A stretch of 56,581 nucleotides of DNA from a virus. Its lineage: Duplodnaviria; Caudoviricetes. The stretch is taken from the IMG/VR virus record IMGVR_UViG_3300031576_000050, positions 1-56,581 of that record, one strand, 5' to 3'. The position numbers and the translations under genes are program-made. The notes under the pieces are model-generated. The model had not been told where the DNA came from. It worked only from the letters and a program-made list of their open reading frames with translations, and ran no database searches. Below, in pieces: positions 16,475 to 26,500 of the stretch (position 1 is its first letter; every line of letters begins with the position of its first letter).

Positions 16475-18386
16475 CTAGACTCCTTGTCTGCTGCAGTACA
16501 GCGCGAGCGTACTCCACGCCTCTCCTGCCATCTAGCAGCCTGTAGGCGTTATCTGCTAGTTGTGAGTTTGTGATCGCAATCCCCAGCTCTACAGAGTCTA
16601 GAGATCGCAGGTAATAGTACTGTACTGGTCGCGGCTTGCTGACCCTGTGGATACGATCTTCCAACTGCTCCTGGTCAGTAGGCTCCCAGGTCTCATCGAT
16701 AATCACCATCACATCAGCAGTATCAAGTGTGATGGCTACCCCACCAGCCTTTGTGTTCAGGAACAAAATGTGGGCACCACTTCCCAATGGCTCATTCATT
16801 GAGTCAATAACGGCAGCTCGCTTCGTGCCAATAACTTCACCAGTCAGGAATGCTGTGTGAGCATACCCGCCCAACCGTGCCTCTACCTGCTCCTTGAACA
16901 GCGTCAGGATCTCGGTAAACTGGCTGGCAACAACAACCTTTGTTGTCGGGTCATCAGGGTATCCCAGCTGCTCCAGCAGCTGAACTAGATACTCCAGCTT
17001 GTTACTTGGCATTGCCGGCCTGAAATCTTTTCTTACCATCCGACCAGCAGAAGTCGCAAACTGCTTTAGCCGAGTGAGCTCGGCCAGCACGCCAATCGCT
17101 GATAGCTCTCCACCAGCTAGCGTCGCCACTGAGTCATGTAGCATCTCGCGGTACGCGCGAGCCTGTTCAGAGCTCATCTCTAGCCACACGCCTACCTGGC
17201 TGTCCGGGTCGCTAGGGACTGCCGGAGTGCCTACGTAGGTCTTGGGTGGCAGGTCGGGCGCAACTTCCGCCTTAGTCCTCCTGAGTAGGCGGGAGGATAG
17301 GCTGCGCCATAGCTCTGGCTCACGCTCGGGCTTGATCCGCTCAATCGTCCAGCCTGTATATCCACCTAGCTCCCAATGCGCCTTGACCCAGTTCCAGAAT
17401 GATGGATATACCACTGGGTCCAGCCAGTTCAGCAATCCCCAAAGAAGATATGGCTTGCTACGGAATGGAGTGCCGCTCGCAGCTAGCCGGATGCCATCCG
17501 GGCGCGTACGCAGCAGCATCATTCCAGTACGGACTAGTGTGGGGATACCACGGCGAGCAATGAGAGACTTATCACACTCATCAGCAATGATGGCGCCCCA
17601 CTCAATTCCAAACAGCTGTGGGAACTCATGCTCACGCACGATCTTGTACTTCTTGGGATCATGGCCACACGTCAGCTTGACCTTGCCAGCGCGCTGTCGA
17701 GTGCGCACCTTGCACTGGTTACAGGCCCACCATACGCGAGTCTCCATCATCTCGGGATGCATGATAACCCAAGTGTCAGCACCAGCAGCAGCCAACCCAT
17801 TAAGGATGGCATTCCGCTTCTCACGGCCCTCAGGCACTGTGAAGTAGATGGTATCATCGCCAAGCCAGCGCGGTATCTCGCGTGCCCAGACAGACTCCAC
17901 AGCTGTCTTTGGGCAGACGACCAGGTACGGGCCAGAGATGCCAGCCTCGATGATGCCGCCAAGTAATTCCAGGGTCTTGCCCAGGCCAGGCTGGTCCGCT
18001 AGGATGACGTTGCCACCCTGCGCGACGAATCGGGCGCCTACCCTCTGGTACGTACGGTTACTCATGGCAGCGGCCAGCCTAGGCGCCTTGCCGGGGACCT
18101 GTAGCAGTGGCGCGTCCTGCGCGCGGGAGAGCTCAGCTAGCCCTGCCTCGCGTGCCCTCTCAGCGCGGGCCCAGTCGCCTAGCGTCATGCCTACCCTGAG
18201 CTCAGAGCCAAACCGCTCGCGTAGCGCCAGGCACCCGGTCAGCGAGAGTGGCAGGGACCAGTGCGGGTCGCTGTCGTCTGCACCCCGGCTGAAGCGCGCC
18301 CCAGGCACGACCTGTGAGAGGCCAGGGGTTGGCCAAGAGGATCGCAGGAAGATCCTCCCGCCAGCCTTGTCAATGACGATGCTCAT
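16470..18386 (-). CDS. SNF2-family helicase (true stop probably near 16470; assembled ORF runs on to 15747)
   Basis: LADQPGLGKT, IIADECD, ASGTP, RRTK, QLEDRIHR motifs. Confidence 0.85.
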
Positions 18387-18387
18387 C

Positions 18388-19422
18388 TCATGCTGCCTTA
18401 GCTCTAGCGGTCCTGATCCTGGTCTTCCTGGCAGTACTACTCACAGGCACTATTGAGCCAACTGCCCGCAAGTCTGCCAGCCGGAATGCGCGGAACCCAG
18501 TCTCAGGGCAGCAGAACTGGACAATCCGCTCATCAGTCGGACTCATCTTGATCTCGACCTTGCGCGGGTCACTTCCGAATATCGCCACTTCCTCGACCTG
18601 GCGGTATCGGTTGTGCCAGGCTACCTGCCGCCCCAGCAGGGCATGGATGATAGTCGCGTCTGGCGCGTCTAGCTCAAACGGGAGTCCAGCAGCTGGGGCC
18701 AGTGCAACAATAGCTGGCCGAAACATTCTGTTGGTCGCAACCTTACGGAAGCGAGTAGCAGCCTCAGCCTCTGTACGCGCGGCGTACCAGCGCGCCGCTG
18801 CTGCATTGCGTGGCTTCACAGTCTGGTCACCGAGCGAGTATGTTGGCACAGTATCGTCATAGACGTAGTTAAGGCCATCCCAAACCTGATGAATAGTCTC
18901 CTGTCCTCTGGCCGCCGTCATCTCGACACGCTTGCCATTGCCATCAACGGTTACCTCTACAGTCCAGCCATTGGACTCAAAATGAGCCCTGTCCTTCTCA
19001 GCCTTATTGAGCTTTGCTGGCTTGCCCTTGGCAACCTTGATAGGCTTAGCTGCAGCCCGGGCTGGCTCTTCAGGCAAGTCATCCACACAGGGGTAGAACT
19101 CAAGATCCCCTGCGAAGTCACGCCAAGCATCTAGGCTCCAGCCTTCAAAATCGCCAGCCTGTGGCCCGTAGACATCCTCGACTACATCCCGCTGGCAGAT
19201 AGGCGCCAGTTCCCAGCGCGCCTTGCAGGTCTTGATCCGCCCACGCTTCAGGTCAGCACAGCCAGTCCGGTGAACGTGGATCGTACCTCTCTCGTCATTG
19301 ACACAAGTGACTGGGATAGTCACAGCTGGCTTGGGCGGGAACGGAGTCCGCTGCGCAGCCTTAGCGGTACGCTTGGCAGCTGCTGGGCGGCCAGCACCCT
19401 TCCGCACGACTGTAGTGGTCAT
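18388..19422 (-). CDS. hypothetical protein with WYL-like C-terminal motif
   Basis: 344-aa ORF; GFRAFRLADL resembles RxFRxDRI. Confidence 0.65.
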   Translation of the reverse strand: MTTTVVRKGAGRPAAAKRTAKAAQRTPFPPKPAVTIPVTCVNDERGTIHVHRTGCADLKRGRIKTCKARWELAPICQRDVVEDVYGPQAGDFEGWSLDAWRDFAGDLEFYPCVDDLPEEPARAAAKPIKVAKGKPAKLNKAEKDRAHFESNGWTVEVTVDGNGKRVEMTAARGQETIHQVWDGLNYVYDDTVPTYSLGDQTVKPRNAAAARWYAARTEAEAATRFRKVATNRMFRPAIVALAPAAGLPFELDAPDATIIHALLGRQVAWHNRYRQVEEVAIFGSDPRKVEIKMSPTDERIVQFCCPETGFRAFRLADLRAVGSIVPVSSTARKTRIRTARAKAA

Positions 19423-19424
19423 GG

Positions 19425-19679
19425 CTACCGCACCCTGGGCACTGAGCTGATCAGGCGGGCGGGAACGTTAGGCAGGCACGCCGCGCAGCTGAAGTAGTCC
19501 ACATCAGCACCAACTGTCCATACATAGACTGGCTTCTCTGGCGTGCCATTCTCGCCACAACGCATGCAGTAGGCGGCATCCTGGCACAGCTCAAGATTCC
19601 CTGTGCAGGTGTGAACGCCTCGAACGACCTGAGACGGCTCGCCATCGTAGTCCAGCATCTGGATTTTCAAGATCTTCAT
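19425..19679 (-). CDS. zinc-finger hypothetical protein
   Basis: CMRC...CAAC; promoter and GAGAGGCCAG motif upstream. Confidence 0.65.
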   Translation of the reverse strand: MKILKIQMLDYDGEPSQVVRGVHTCTGNLELCQDAAYCMRCGENGTPEKPVYVWTVGADVDYFSCAACLPNVPARLISSVPRVR

Positions 19680-19730
19680 TGCTCTGGCCTCTCTCGGGTG
19701 GGGGAGCCTCGCTATCTCCCTCCACAACGT

Positions 19731-19759
19731 ACCCTACCCCAGCTGTAGTCTGGGCGCTA
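19731..19759 (-). promoter_or_regulatory. predicted promoter TAGCGC-N17-TAGGGT
   Basis: Promoter family member. Confidence 0.55.
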
Positions 19760-19793
19760 CCTCTAGTCGCAACTTTCTTCAAGATTTTTTGCA

Positions 19794-19828
19794 GCTGGCC
19801 CGCCGGAGCTATCTCACGGCGGGCCAGC
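19794..19828 (-). terminator. 12-bp GC-rich hairpin
   Basis: GCTGGCCCGCCG...CGGCGGGCCAGC just after the 19839 stop. Confidence 0.6.
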
Positions 19829-19838
19829 GCGTCTCTGC

Positions 19839-20027
19839 CTAGGCTAGAACTTGGCCACCCAAGGCTACCGGTTGACCTCCTGGAGTCGTCCAAGGCCAGG
19901 CCCACATGCTCGTCTCAGGATCTTTCTGCGGGTGGGCGTGGTCTCCCGTCTCGGGGCACTCCCAGCCCTGATCGCAGACTCCTAGCGGGTTCGGGGTACC
20001 GCCGCTCCAGCCGTCTTCGTTCTCCAT
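19839..20027 (-). CDS. small hypothetical protein
   Basis: Flanked by promoter, GAGAGGCCAG motif and hairpin. Confidence 0.6.
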   Translation of the reverse strand: MENEDGWSGGTPNPLGVCDQGWECPETGDHAHPQKDPETSMWAWPWTTPGGQPVALGGQVLA

Positions 20028-20075
20028 CGCTGGCCTCTCTCTTGAGTTGTGGGGCTAGCTCGCCCCGTTGAGGGG

Positions 20076-20104
20076 AGCCTACGCCAGCTGGCGACGTACG
20101 TCTA
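20076..20104 (-). promoter_or_regulatory. predicted promoter TAGACG-N17-TAGGCT
   Basis: Promoter family member. Confidence 0.65.
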
Positions 20105-20126
20105 GTCAGATTCCAAGATTGTTTAG

Positions 20127-20156
20127 AGCTCCTGGCACGAAGGTAGCCCAGGAGCT
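20127..20156 (-). terminator. 9-bp hairpin
   Basis: AGCTCCTGG...CCAGGAGCT. Confidence 0.45.
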
Positions 20157-20240
20157 AGACGAGGATGATCAAGATCGCAGCCCGTTTAGGCAAGCCAGGC
20201 CATCGGACGCTCCTCTCCCTCACGCGCGTAGCGCGTCCTG

Positions 20241-20270
20241 AGCGTACCGCTGGCCTACCAACTGCGTCTA
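20241..20270 (-). promoter_or_regulatory. predicted promoter TAGACG-N18-TACGCT
   Basis: Same -35 hexamer as two other copies. Confidence 0.5.
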
Positions 20271-20277
20271 GGGAGCC

Positions 20278-20325
20278 GGCAGCCCCAGGCTTTACGAGGG
20301 TGCGACTCCCCAGCCTGGGGCTGCC
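20278..20325 (-). terminator. 14-bp hairpin ending the late/lysis operon
   Basis: GGCAGCCCCAGGCT...AGCCTGGGGCTGCC. Confidence 0.65.
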
Positions 20326-20380
20326 TCGGGAGGCACGTAGGGAGAGGCCAAGCTACCCACGCATCCAATCACCGATCACC

Positions 20381-20752
20381 CTACGCTGATCCTACCCCTG
20401 TAGCCTGGCTGCCGCTACTAGGCGCCTGCCGCCCCATTGCCAGTGCACGGTCTGCGACTCCCGTGGGCTTCCAGAGGCCAAAATGGATTCCCGCCGCAAA
20501 CACCATATTGACAACAAGGTTCATGATGATTGGAATCGGTAAAAACTCAACCCCTGCAGCTAGCGCCGCAATGAAAGCCTCAATGAAGACTTTCAGCCCC
20601 ATGAACAGAAGCAGGAGCAACGCTTTTGTCTTGGCCGATGTGATGCGAGTCGACACGAGGCCAACCCCAAGGGGTATCGCCATCATTAGGACAAGCGAAA
20701 GCAACCCTGCAAGGTTTGGTGTGAAAGCATATATCACGGGGAGCTCATCCAT
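20381..20752 (-). CDS. holin-like membrane protein
   Basis: Three hydrophobic segments, PLGVGLVS and HFGLWKPTGV, in the lysis cassette. Confidence 0.7.
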   Translation of the reverse strand: MDELPVIYAFTPNLAGLLSLVLMMAIPLGVGLVSTRITSAKTKALLLLLFMGLKVFIEAFIAALAAGVEFLPIPIIMNLVVNMVFAAGIHFGLWKPTGVADRALAMGRQAPSSGSQATGVGSA

Positions 20753-21029
20753 CAGTGCTCACTGAACCTCTCTGTGTTCTCAAAAGCAGGATCACCCAAG
20801 CCCAACAATTGATAGCAAGGACACCCCATCCAACTGTCCATACCCAGGCAGGGAAGCCACCTGCCAGCAGATCAGAGGCCCGGAGCATGATGAGTCCGCC
20901 TAGCACTGCTCTATCGATCATGTGGAAGCGACCAACATCATACTCTTTCCACTTTGTCCTTAGCAGTAGTGCAGCAAAGGTCAGGCAACCAAGTGCTGCA
21001 ATAAGTAGCACGACTACACTTGGCGTCAT
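20745..21029 (-). CDS. membrane protein (putative holin)
   Basis: Three hydrophobic segments; lysis cassette. Confidence 0.65.
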   Translation of the reverse strand: MTPSVVVLLIAALGCLTFAALLLRTKWKEYDVGRFHMIDRAVLGGLIMLRASDLLAGGFPAWVWTVGWGVLAINCWAWVILLLRTQRGSVSTDG

Positions 21030-21424
21030 CCCTGCTCCCTTGATCGGAAAGCCTGTGTGACCCTAGCTGCGAATTCCTGGTCTGGCAATCTGTGGACTGT
21101 ACGCGCTGCTCTCCTAATAGCTGGCGTCTCTCGGCGCACCTGGGCTAGCTTAGCAGCAGCCTCAGCCTCTGCGCCATCATTATGAACCGTCCTATGCCAG
21201 ATGGCCTGCAACAAACGCCTCCAGTCAATCATCACAAAGTCCGATCTCATCCAGAAGGTGGCCTGCCATAGCTTGGCAGCCTCTCTATGGTCATCAGCTC
21301 GTCTGCGTTCAGCTGCTACAGCATCAGCATGCAACTTATATCCAGCTCCTGCAATAGTCGTTATGATCCCACCCGCGACTAGGGATTGGACCAGGTCTGG
21401 CCATGTCACCGGTCCAATCCCCAA
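21026..21424 (-). CDS. membrane-anchored lysis-cassette protein (possibly two fused ORFs)
   Basis: N-terminal TM then coiled coil; internal MIDWRR start candidate. Confidence 0.55.
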   Translation of the reverse strand: MGIGPVTWPDLVQSLVAGGIITTIAGAGYKLHADAVAAERRRADDHREAAKLWQATFWMRSDFVMIDWRRLLQAIWHRTVHNDGAEAEAAAKLAQVRRETPAIRRAARTVHRLPDQEFAARVTQAFRSREQG

Positions 21425-21430
21425 TCACCA

Positions 21431-22222
21431 TCAGTACTTGACTCGAATGCCCATGTCCCGCCAGTCGGCACGGGCCACTACGCCTGTGCCAGTCCGGCCA
21501 CGCTGGCGCTGCCACCAGGCGACGCGCACTCCCGTTAGCGGACCATACACGCCATCATCCTTGATCCGGTTTAGTGCGCTACCGCGCACCCAGCGCTGGA
21601 CAAATCTCACATCTACACCAGTCATCCTTGGTGTAGCGATCCTGAGGTCACGAGTCCCTGGCGCATGGACAGATGGCAGTGGGGGCTTCACCCCTCTGAC
21701 ACGAGCAATGTACTGTGCCTTGGTCTCGCCTGAGATAGCGGAGTAGACCGCATCATATGCGCTTGAGTCATTCCAGTACCTACGACGGATACTGAGATGG
21801 ACATGTGACTTGTGATCAGGGGAAGCCCAGATGACAGTTCCAGAGACTATGTCATAGCGCTTGGCGTCACCAGACCCCAGCCAGCCATTGAAGGCATTGA
21901 TGTACTGCCGGCGCGGGTCCTCCTTGTCATTGTAGATAGCGATCAGACGAAGCGTACACAATCGCATATCAGCTGGGCTCATAGACTCGTCCAGGGCTGT
22001 GGAGTGCTCTCTGGACCAGTCACCAGGCGGCGCTGCATCATCTAGTCGTACTGCCGAGTAGTTGCGGGGGCCTTTGCCGGGCTGGTCTTCCAGGCTGACG
22101 TGGTACCCGCCCCGACGCATGTGTGCTGCGTCACCAACAATACCAGAGAGCACAGCCGAGCGGTAGACAGCCTCCCACTGGCGGGCCAGCACCTTCATCT
22201 TGTCAGTAGCCAGTGTTGTCAT
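21431..22222 (-). CDS. endolysin (M15-like Zn peptidase plus peptidoglycan-binding domain)
   Basis: GIVGDAAH..GGYH, ALD, HxxHVHLS; GVDVRFVQ..DGVYGPLT PG_binding_1 pattern. Confidence 0.75.
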   Translation of the reverse strand: MTTLATDKMKVLARQWEAVYRSAVLSGIVGDAAHMRRGGYHVSLEDQPGKGPRNYSAVRLDDAAPPGDWSREHSTALDESMSPADMRLCTLRLIAIYNDKEDPRRQYINAFNGWLGSGDAKRYDIVSGTVIWASPDHKSHVHLSIRRRYWNDSSAYDAVYSAISGETKAQYIARVRGVKPPLPSVHAPGTRDLRIATPRMTGVDVRFVQRWVRGSALNRIKDDGVYGPLTGVRVAWWQRQRGRTGTGVVARADWRDMGIRVKY

Positions 22223-22541
22223 CGTCCACATCCTCTCCATCAAGCCGCTCCTGGTCGCCGACATCTGACCCGGGCAACCATGGCGCAGCTATGACATCAT
22301 AGTCGCTTTCCCTGGCTGCCCGCTGGCGGGAGTTTACAGTCTCATCACCCTCATCCAGAAGGATCATGCCTGCTGGGTGAGTACAGAGGAATGCTGTGCC
22401 ATCCCAGCCATAAAGCCATGCCCTATCAGCATCACGGTCGCACACAAGAAAACCTTTCGGGAATCTACTGTATGCCTCCATCCCGTTCATTGGGCCGCCT
22501 ATACAAGTGCCAGTGTACAGGTCTGCGCCTTCATAGTCCAT
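22203..22541 (-). CDS. hypothetical protein
   Basis: AAGGAG SD; CIGGPMNG motif. Confidence 0.6.
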   Translation of the reverse strand: MDYEGADLYTGTCIGGPMNGMEAYSRFPKGFLVCDRDADRAWLYGWDGTAFLCTHPAGMILLDEGDETVNSRQRAARESDYDVIAAPWLPGSDVGDQERLDGEDVDDDNTGY

Positions 22542-22559
22542 GTCAACACTCCTTGTATA

Positions 22560-23555
22560 CTACAGGTTAGATCCTGATGAACCTGGGTCTGTCCCCATAT
22601 CCTCAACCCATATCTCAGTCACGAACTGCGAAGCATCAGCAAATGCCGTAATGTTACCTGATCCAGCCTGCCGGCTAATAGCGAGCAGGAGCGAGAGCGT
22701 CTCGTCAGCAGCTGGAGCATAGTACGTTTCGGCGTTGCGCGTCTCACGAGTGCCAGTCGTACGAATGACAGCCTCAGAACCGCTTCCAACAAGGACAGCC
22801 GATGATGTTGTGGGAGTAGCGCCATCTGTCGTGTATCTTAGCTCAGCCCGCCCCTGGTCATCTGCTACTGTCCCATCAAAGTGCAGCTGATATCCAATGC
22901 GGTATAGTCTTCCCCCAACAATGGATAGATCTTCAGTCATCAGCACGCCAACGAGAGTCGCACTACTGGCAGCAGATGAAGCTGTAGTCCGCCGGTAGCG
23001 CCTGACAGTTCCAATTGGGCGGGCGCTGACAGACTTCCCGTTGATTGTCGAGTCACCCGTTACAGTCGCGGTACCAGCCACTATCAAGTTAACACCAACT
23101 GAGAGTGAGTCATCAGTTTTAAGTGTATCCGCAGCACTTCGATACAGGTTTGTATCGCCTGTAGCTGCGCCTGTGCCCCAGAGTACTTTGCCATCAGCCT
23201 GGACTAGGAAACGACTCTGTGTGTCCCCAGTGACATATGCGTGGAAAGCAGTGTCACTGGCAGCCGCTCTGACAATGAGCAGGCTCTCGGGCCAGCTTGC
23301 TTGCCCGACGATGCAGACTTGAGTCCACACTGGGCCAACTGTGTTCGTACAGACGAGCAGCTTCCCAGTGTCAGTCTCCCGAATGAACATGCCATTGAAC
23401 GGAGAGCCTGGCCGGGTACCAGAGGTGCACTCTACCGCCCCTACATCTGCATCCAGCTTATCCCAGTTGTTATTCTGGTCAGTCACGACATTATAGTTCT
23501 CAGAGCCGTCAGTTGCCGGCTTGTAGAGAGCTAGCCTAGCAGTGGTAGTCGACAT
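22560..23555 (-). CDS. tail fibre / minor tail protein
   Basis: LALYKP..NNNWDKLD N-terminus, DTNLYRSAADTLKTDD, position after tail genes. Confidence 0.75.
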   Translation of the reverse strand: MSTTTARLALYKPATDGSENYNVVTDQNNNWDKLDADVGAVECTSGTRPGSPFNGMFIRETDTGKLLVCTNTVGPVWTQVCIVGQASWPESLLIVRAAASDTAFHAYVTGDTQSRFLVQADGKVLWGTGAATGDTNLYRSAADTLKTDDSLSVGVNLIVAGTATVTGDSTINGKSVSARPIGTVRRYRRTTASSAASSATLVGVLMTEDLSIVGGRLYRIGYQLHFDGTVADDQGRAELRYTTDGATPTTSSAVLVGSGSEAVIRTTGTRETRNAETYYAPAADETLSLLLAISRQAGSGNITAFADASQFVTEIWVEDMGTDPGSSGSNL

Positions 23556-23564
23556 CCTGGCTCC

Positions 23565-26500
23565 TCACTTCTGGTACTTGATCTCAAGGACTGGGGAGTT
23601 TGACCCGCCACCTAGGCCAGTCGCGTATCCATAGTATGTTAACGAATCGTTTGGGCCAGGGCCAAGAGCAATGCCCTTTGATGTACCCGTCTTGAACTCG
23701 CCACCAATGGTAGTCCCAAGGCTGACGGTTCGCTTGCCAGGCTTTGGCCACTCTGAGCTCTGCACTCGATCCTGGTTGACGCTTGCATCTGCCCAAGCGC
23801 TGGGCTCAGAGGTGTAGCTATGTGTCCCTATGATTGCTGTGCCGCCTGCGCTGTAGTACCAATGCTCAAAGTACAGGGTAATCTTGCAGTGGATAATGGT
23901 AGCACCAACAAGGTCAGCCTGAATAGCTGCAGCATTGAACCCTATCAGACTTCGCTGGTTCCCCCAATCGCCATCATACTGCCCCTGATAACACTTGGTA
24001 GTGCTGCGTGCGCGGCCGCCGTAACCGGTATAGCTGCCCGTCCATGTAGCTGCATACTGCTTTGTGTACTGAGTGATCGGAGGGACTCCTGAGCCGCCAC
24101 CAGTATTCTGCACACCAGTGTCTGAGATAGTAGAACCAATGTCCTCAATCCACATCCAGGATGCACCCGCCGCAAACTCGGTGTCTCCAATACTAGCCTT
24201 CAAAGTCCAGATCAGTCTATGCAGTCCTGCAGTCGGTATCCACAAGAATGAGTGATGTGTGTCTAGGTCAGTATTTATCACAGTGTATGCAATATTAGAA
24301 GAGTCCCACAGCAGTGTTGAGCTGATCGTCGGCTCGCTTGATCCGCCATCGCGCACTGCCCAAGTTGAGATGGAGCTGGCCATGCTTTCGTCATGTTCAG
24401 CCTGCAGATGAATCCTATATATCCGGCTGCTCTCTGCATTGACTGAGAGCTCAGCATGCCCGAGTTCAGTTGTGCCAGCAGTCGTGCCCCAGGATGGCTT
24501 CGTCCAGGCCATGATGCCACGTGGCAGGGGGTCAATGATTTCAGTCTGCAGGTCGCGACCGCGCAGGAAGATATCATCAGACACTGATGCATCAACAAAC
24601 GATCCAATTCCCATCTCACTGATGGATGCAAGGATTGTGCCCATGCCATCAGTAAACGCTATGAAGTGGCCTGTGAAGCCTGGATCTGATGACAAGTTTG
24701 TCGTAATGTCACCATCGGCACCAAATGCCTGTAGGCCATATTGGTTCATCTCTACCCGCTGCCCTGCCAGCGCGGTGGCTATTCGGGCACCCAGCACCAT
24801 ATTCGCTGTAAGCTGACCAGCCGTCAGCTTTGAGACGCTCAGGTCAGATATGTGCGCATTGTCTATCAGGGATACAGATGACTGGACTGCTGTCGATGGA
24901 CCTGACTTGTTACCGTACCTGTCTACAGCAATTATCTTGACCCAGATATTGGACGTGTTGTCCACCTGGAAGGTGCCGACAGCAGGGATCTTGCCAGTGA
25001 TCATCCCCTGATTTGCTAGCAGCTTCCCTTTCAATGTAGATGACGAAGGTGCCTCGTACTGCCCGCCGATGTGGATCTCTAGATGATCGAGATCTGATGG
25101 CAGGTTGTATGTCCCGCCTGAAGCCTTCCCAAGTGTATGGAGGACCTGAACACTCAATCGTGAAGTGGCTACAACTGGGGCTGCTGGCGTGTCTGGGCCT
25201 ATTACATCATTCTTGGTAACCAGGCTTGACGTAGCGCTCCATGCCCCAGAATTGGGCGGGGTTGCCGAGTCGACTGCGCGCACTTGGAGATCATAGTTGG
25301 CAGCAACCAGTAGCTCCTGCAGAAGCACTTGCGTCTGATCCCATGGGACAACTGCAACATTCCATTCATTAGATGTAGCTGCAGGATTACTCAAAGGCCG
25401 CGCATGCGTTTGTATCTGATTGTGATGGAAAGACGCCATCTGCGCATGAGTGATCGGGTAGCTATATGCCTGTGTTACGCGGTATCGCACCTCATAGTGA
25501 TGCCCGTCAATGATGATCGAGCCATCTGTGTTCAGTGGCTGTGTCCAGTCGACGAGAACAGACGCTAGCACATCATTCACATTGGCCTGGTACACTGCAG
25601 TCGAGAATGGTGTGACTAGGGTTGGGGCAGCTGGCACGGAAGAATCAACAGAGATACGCGGCCTTGGGTCCTCACTGCTGATCCCAGTTAGACTCCGTGG
25701 CGGGCCGCCAACCCCAACAACAGTGACTCCAGTCTCACCCACATAGTAAGGCGAGAGATCTGTCCAAGACCCATCAGATGACCTAAAGGCCACAGTCCAT
25801 CCAGGCCGCACTGGCCACTGCATCTCACTACAACGTAGCTTGATCGGATGGATTGCCTCGCCTTCCCAGATTACCTCATTGGCATTGTCAACGAAGCCAT
25901 TGTCTGGGTCATACACCCAGATCCAGTCGCCAACGACAAAGTCCCCTTTGACGTCAAACTCTGAAGTCGATAGCTGGACAGCTGCACGGACTGCCTGGAA
26001 CTGAGAGAGAGCTAGCTGCGCTCTCTGGTTGGCATTCCCTGATGACGTGTCGCTCTCTGATACAAGTCTTGTGATCTTAGCATTGTTGCCATGGATGTCC
26101 TTGTATGGTGTAGCTGGACCATTCGCTGACCCAGTAGCAACCGCATCTCCATCCCCAGCAGCAAGCAACACAACTCGTATCGTGTAGTCCTCTACGTCTG
26201 TGTCCAGGATCATCTGGCCCGCCAACGCGGCCAGCTTTAGGTCCCTACCTGGAGACTTTCGATGTAGCATCGCATTAGGCCCAGTATACAACTGTGTTGC
26301 CAGCCCAGCATCTAGCTTGCCATCTCCAGTTACCCGCCACTCGGCACTGAACGCATCAGCAACATAGTCGAGTGCTCTCCTTGGCGTCTGGAACTCGTGC
26401 CTCCCTGTGTACGTTCCAGAGACAGAGTTAATCACTCCAGCAGTCACTGCTCCGCCCGACGGGAGCAGCGCATTGATTGAGGTCGCAAAGCTGGCAGCGA

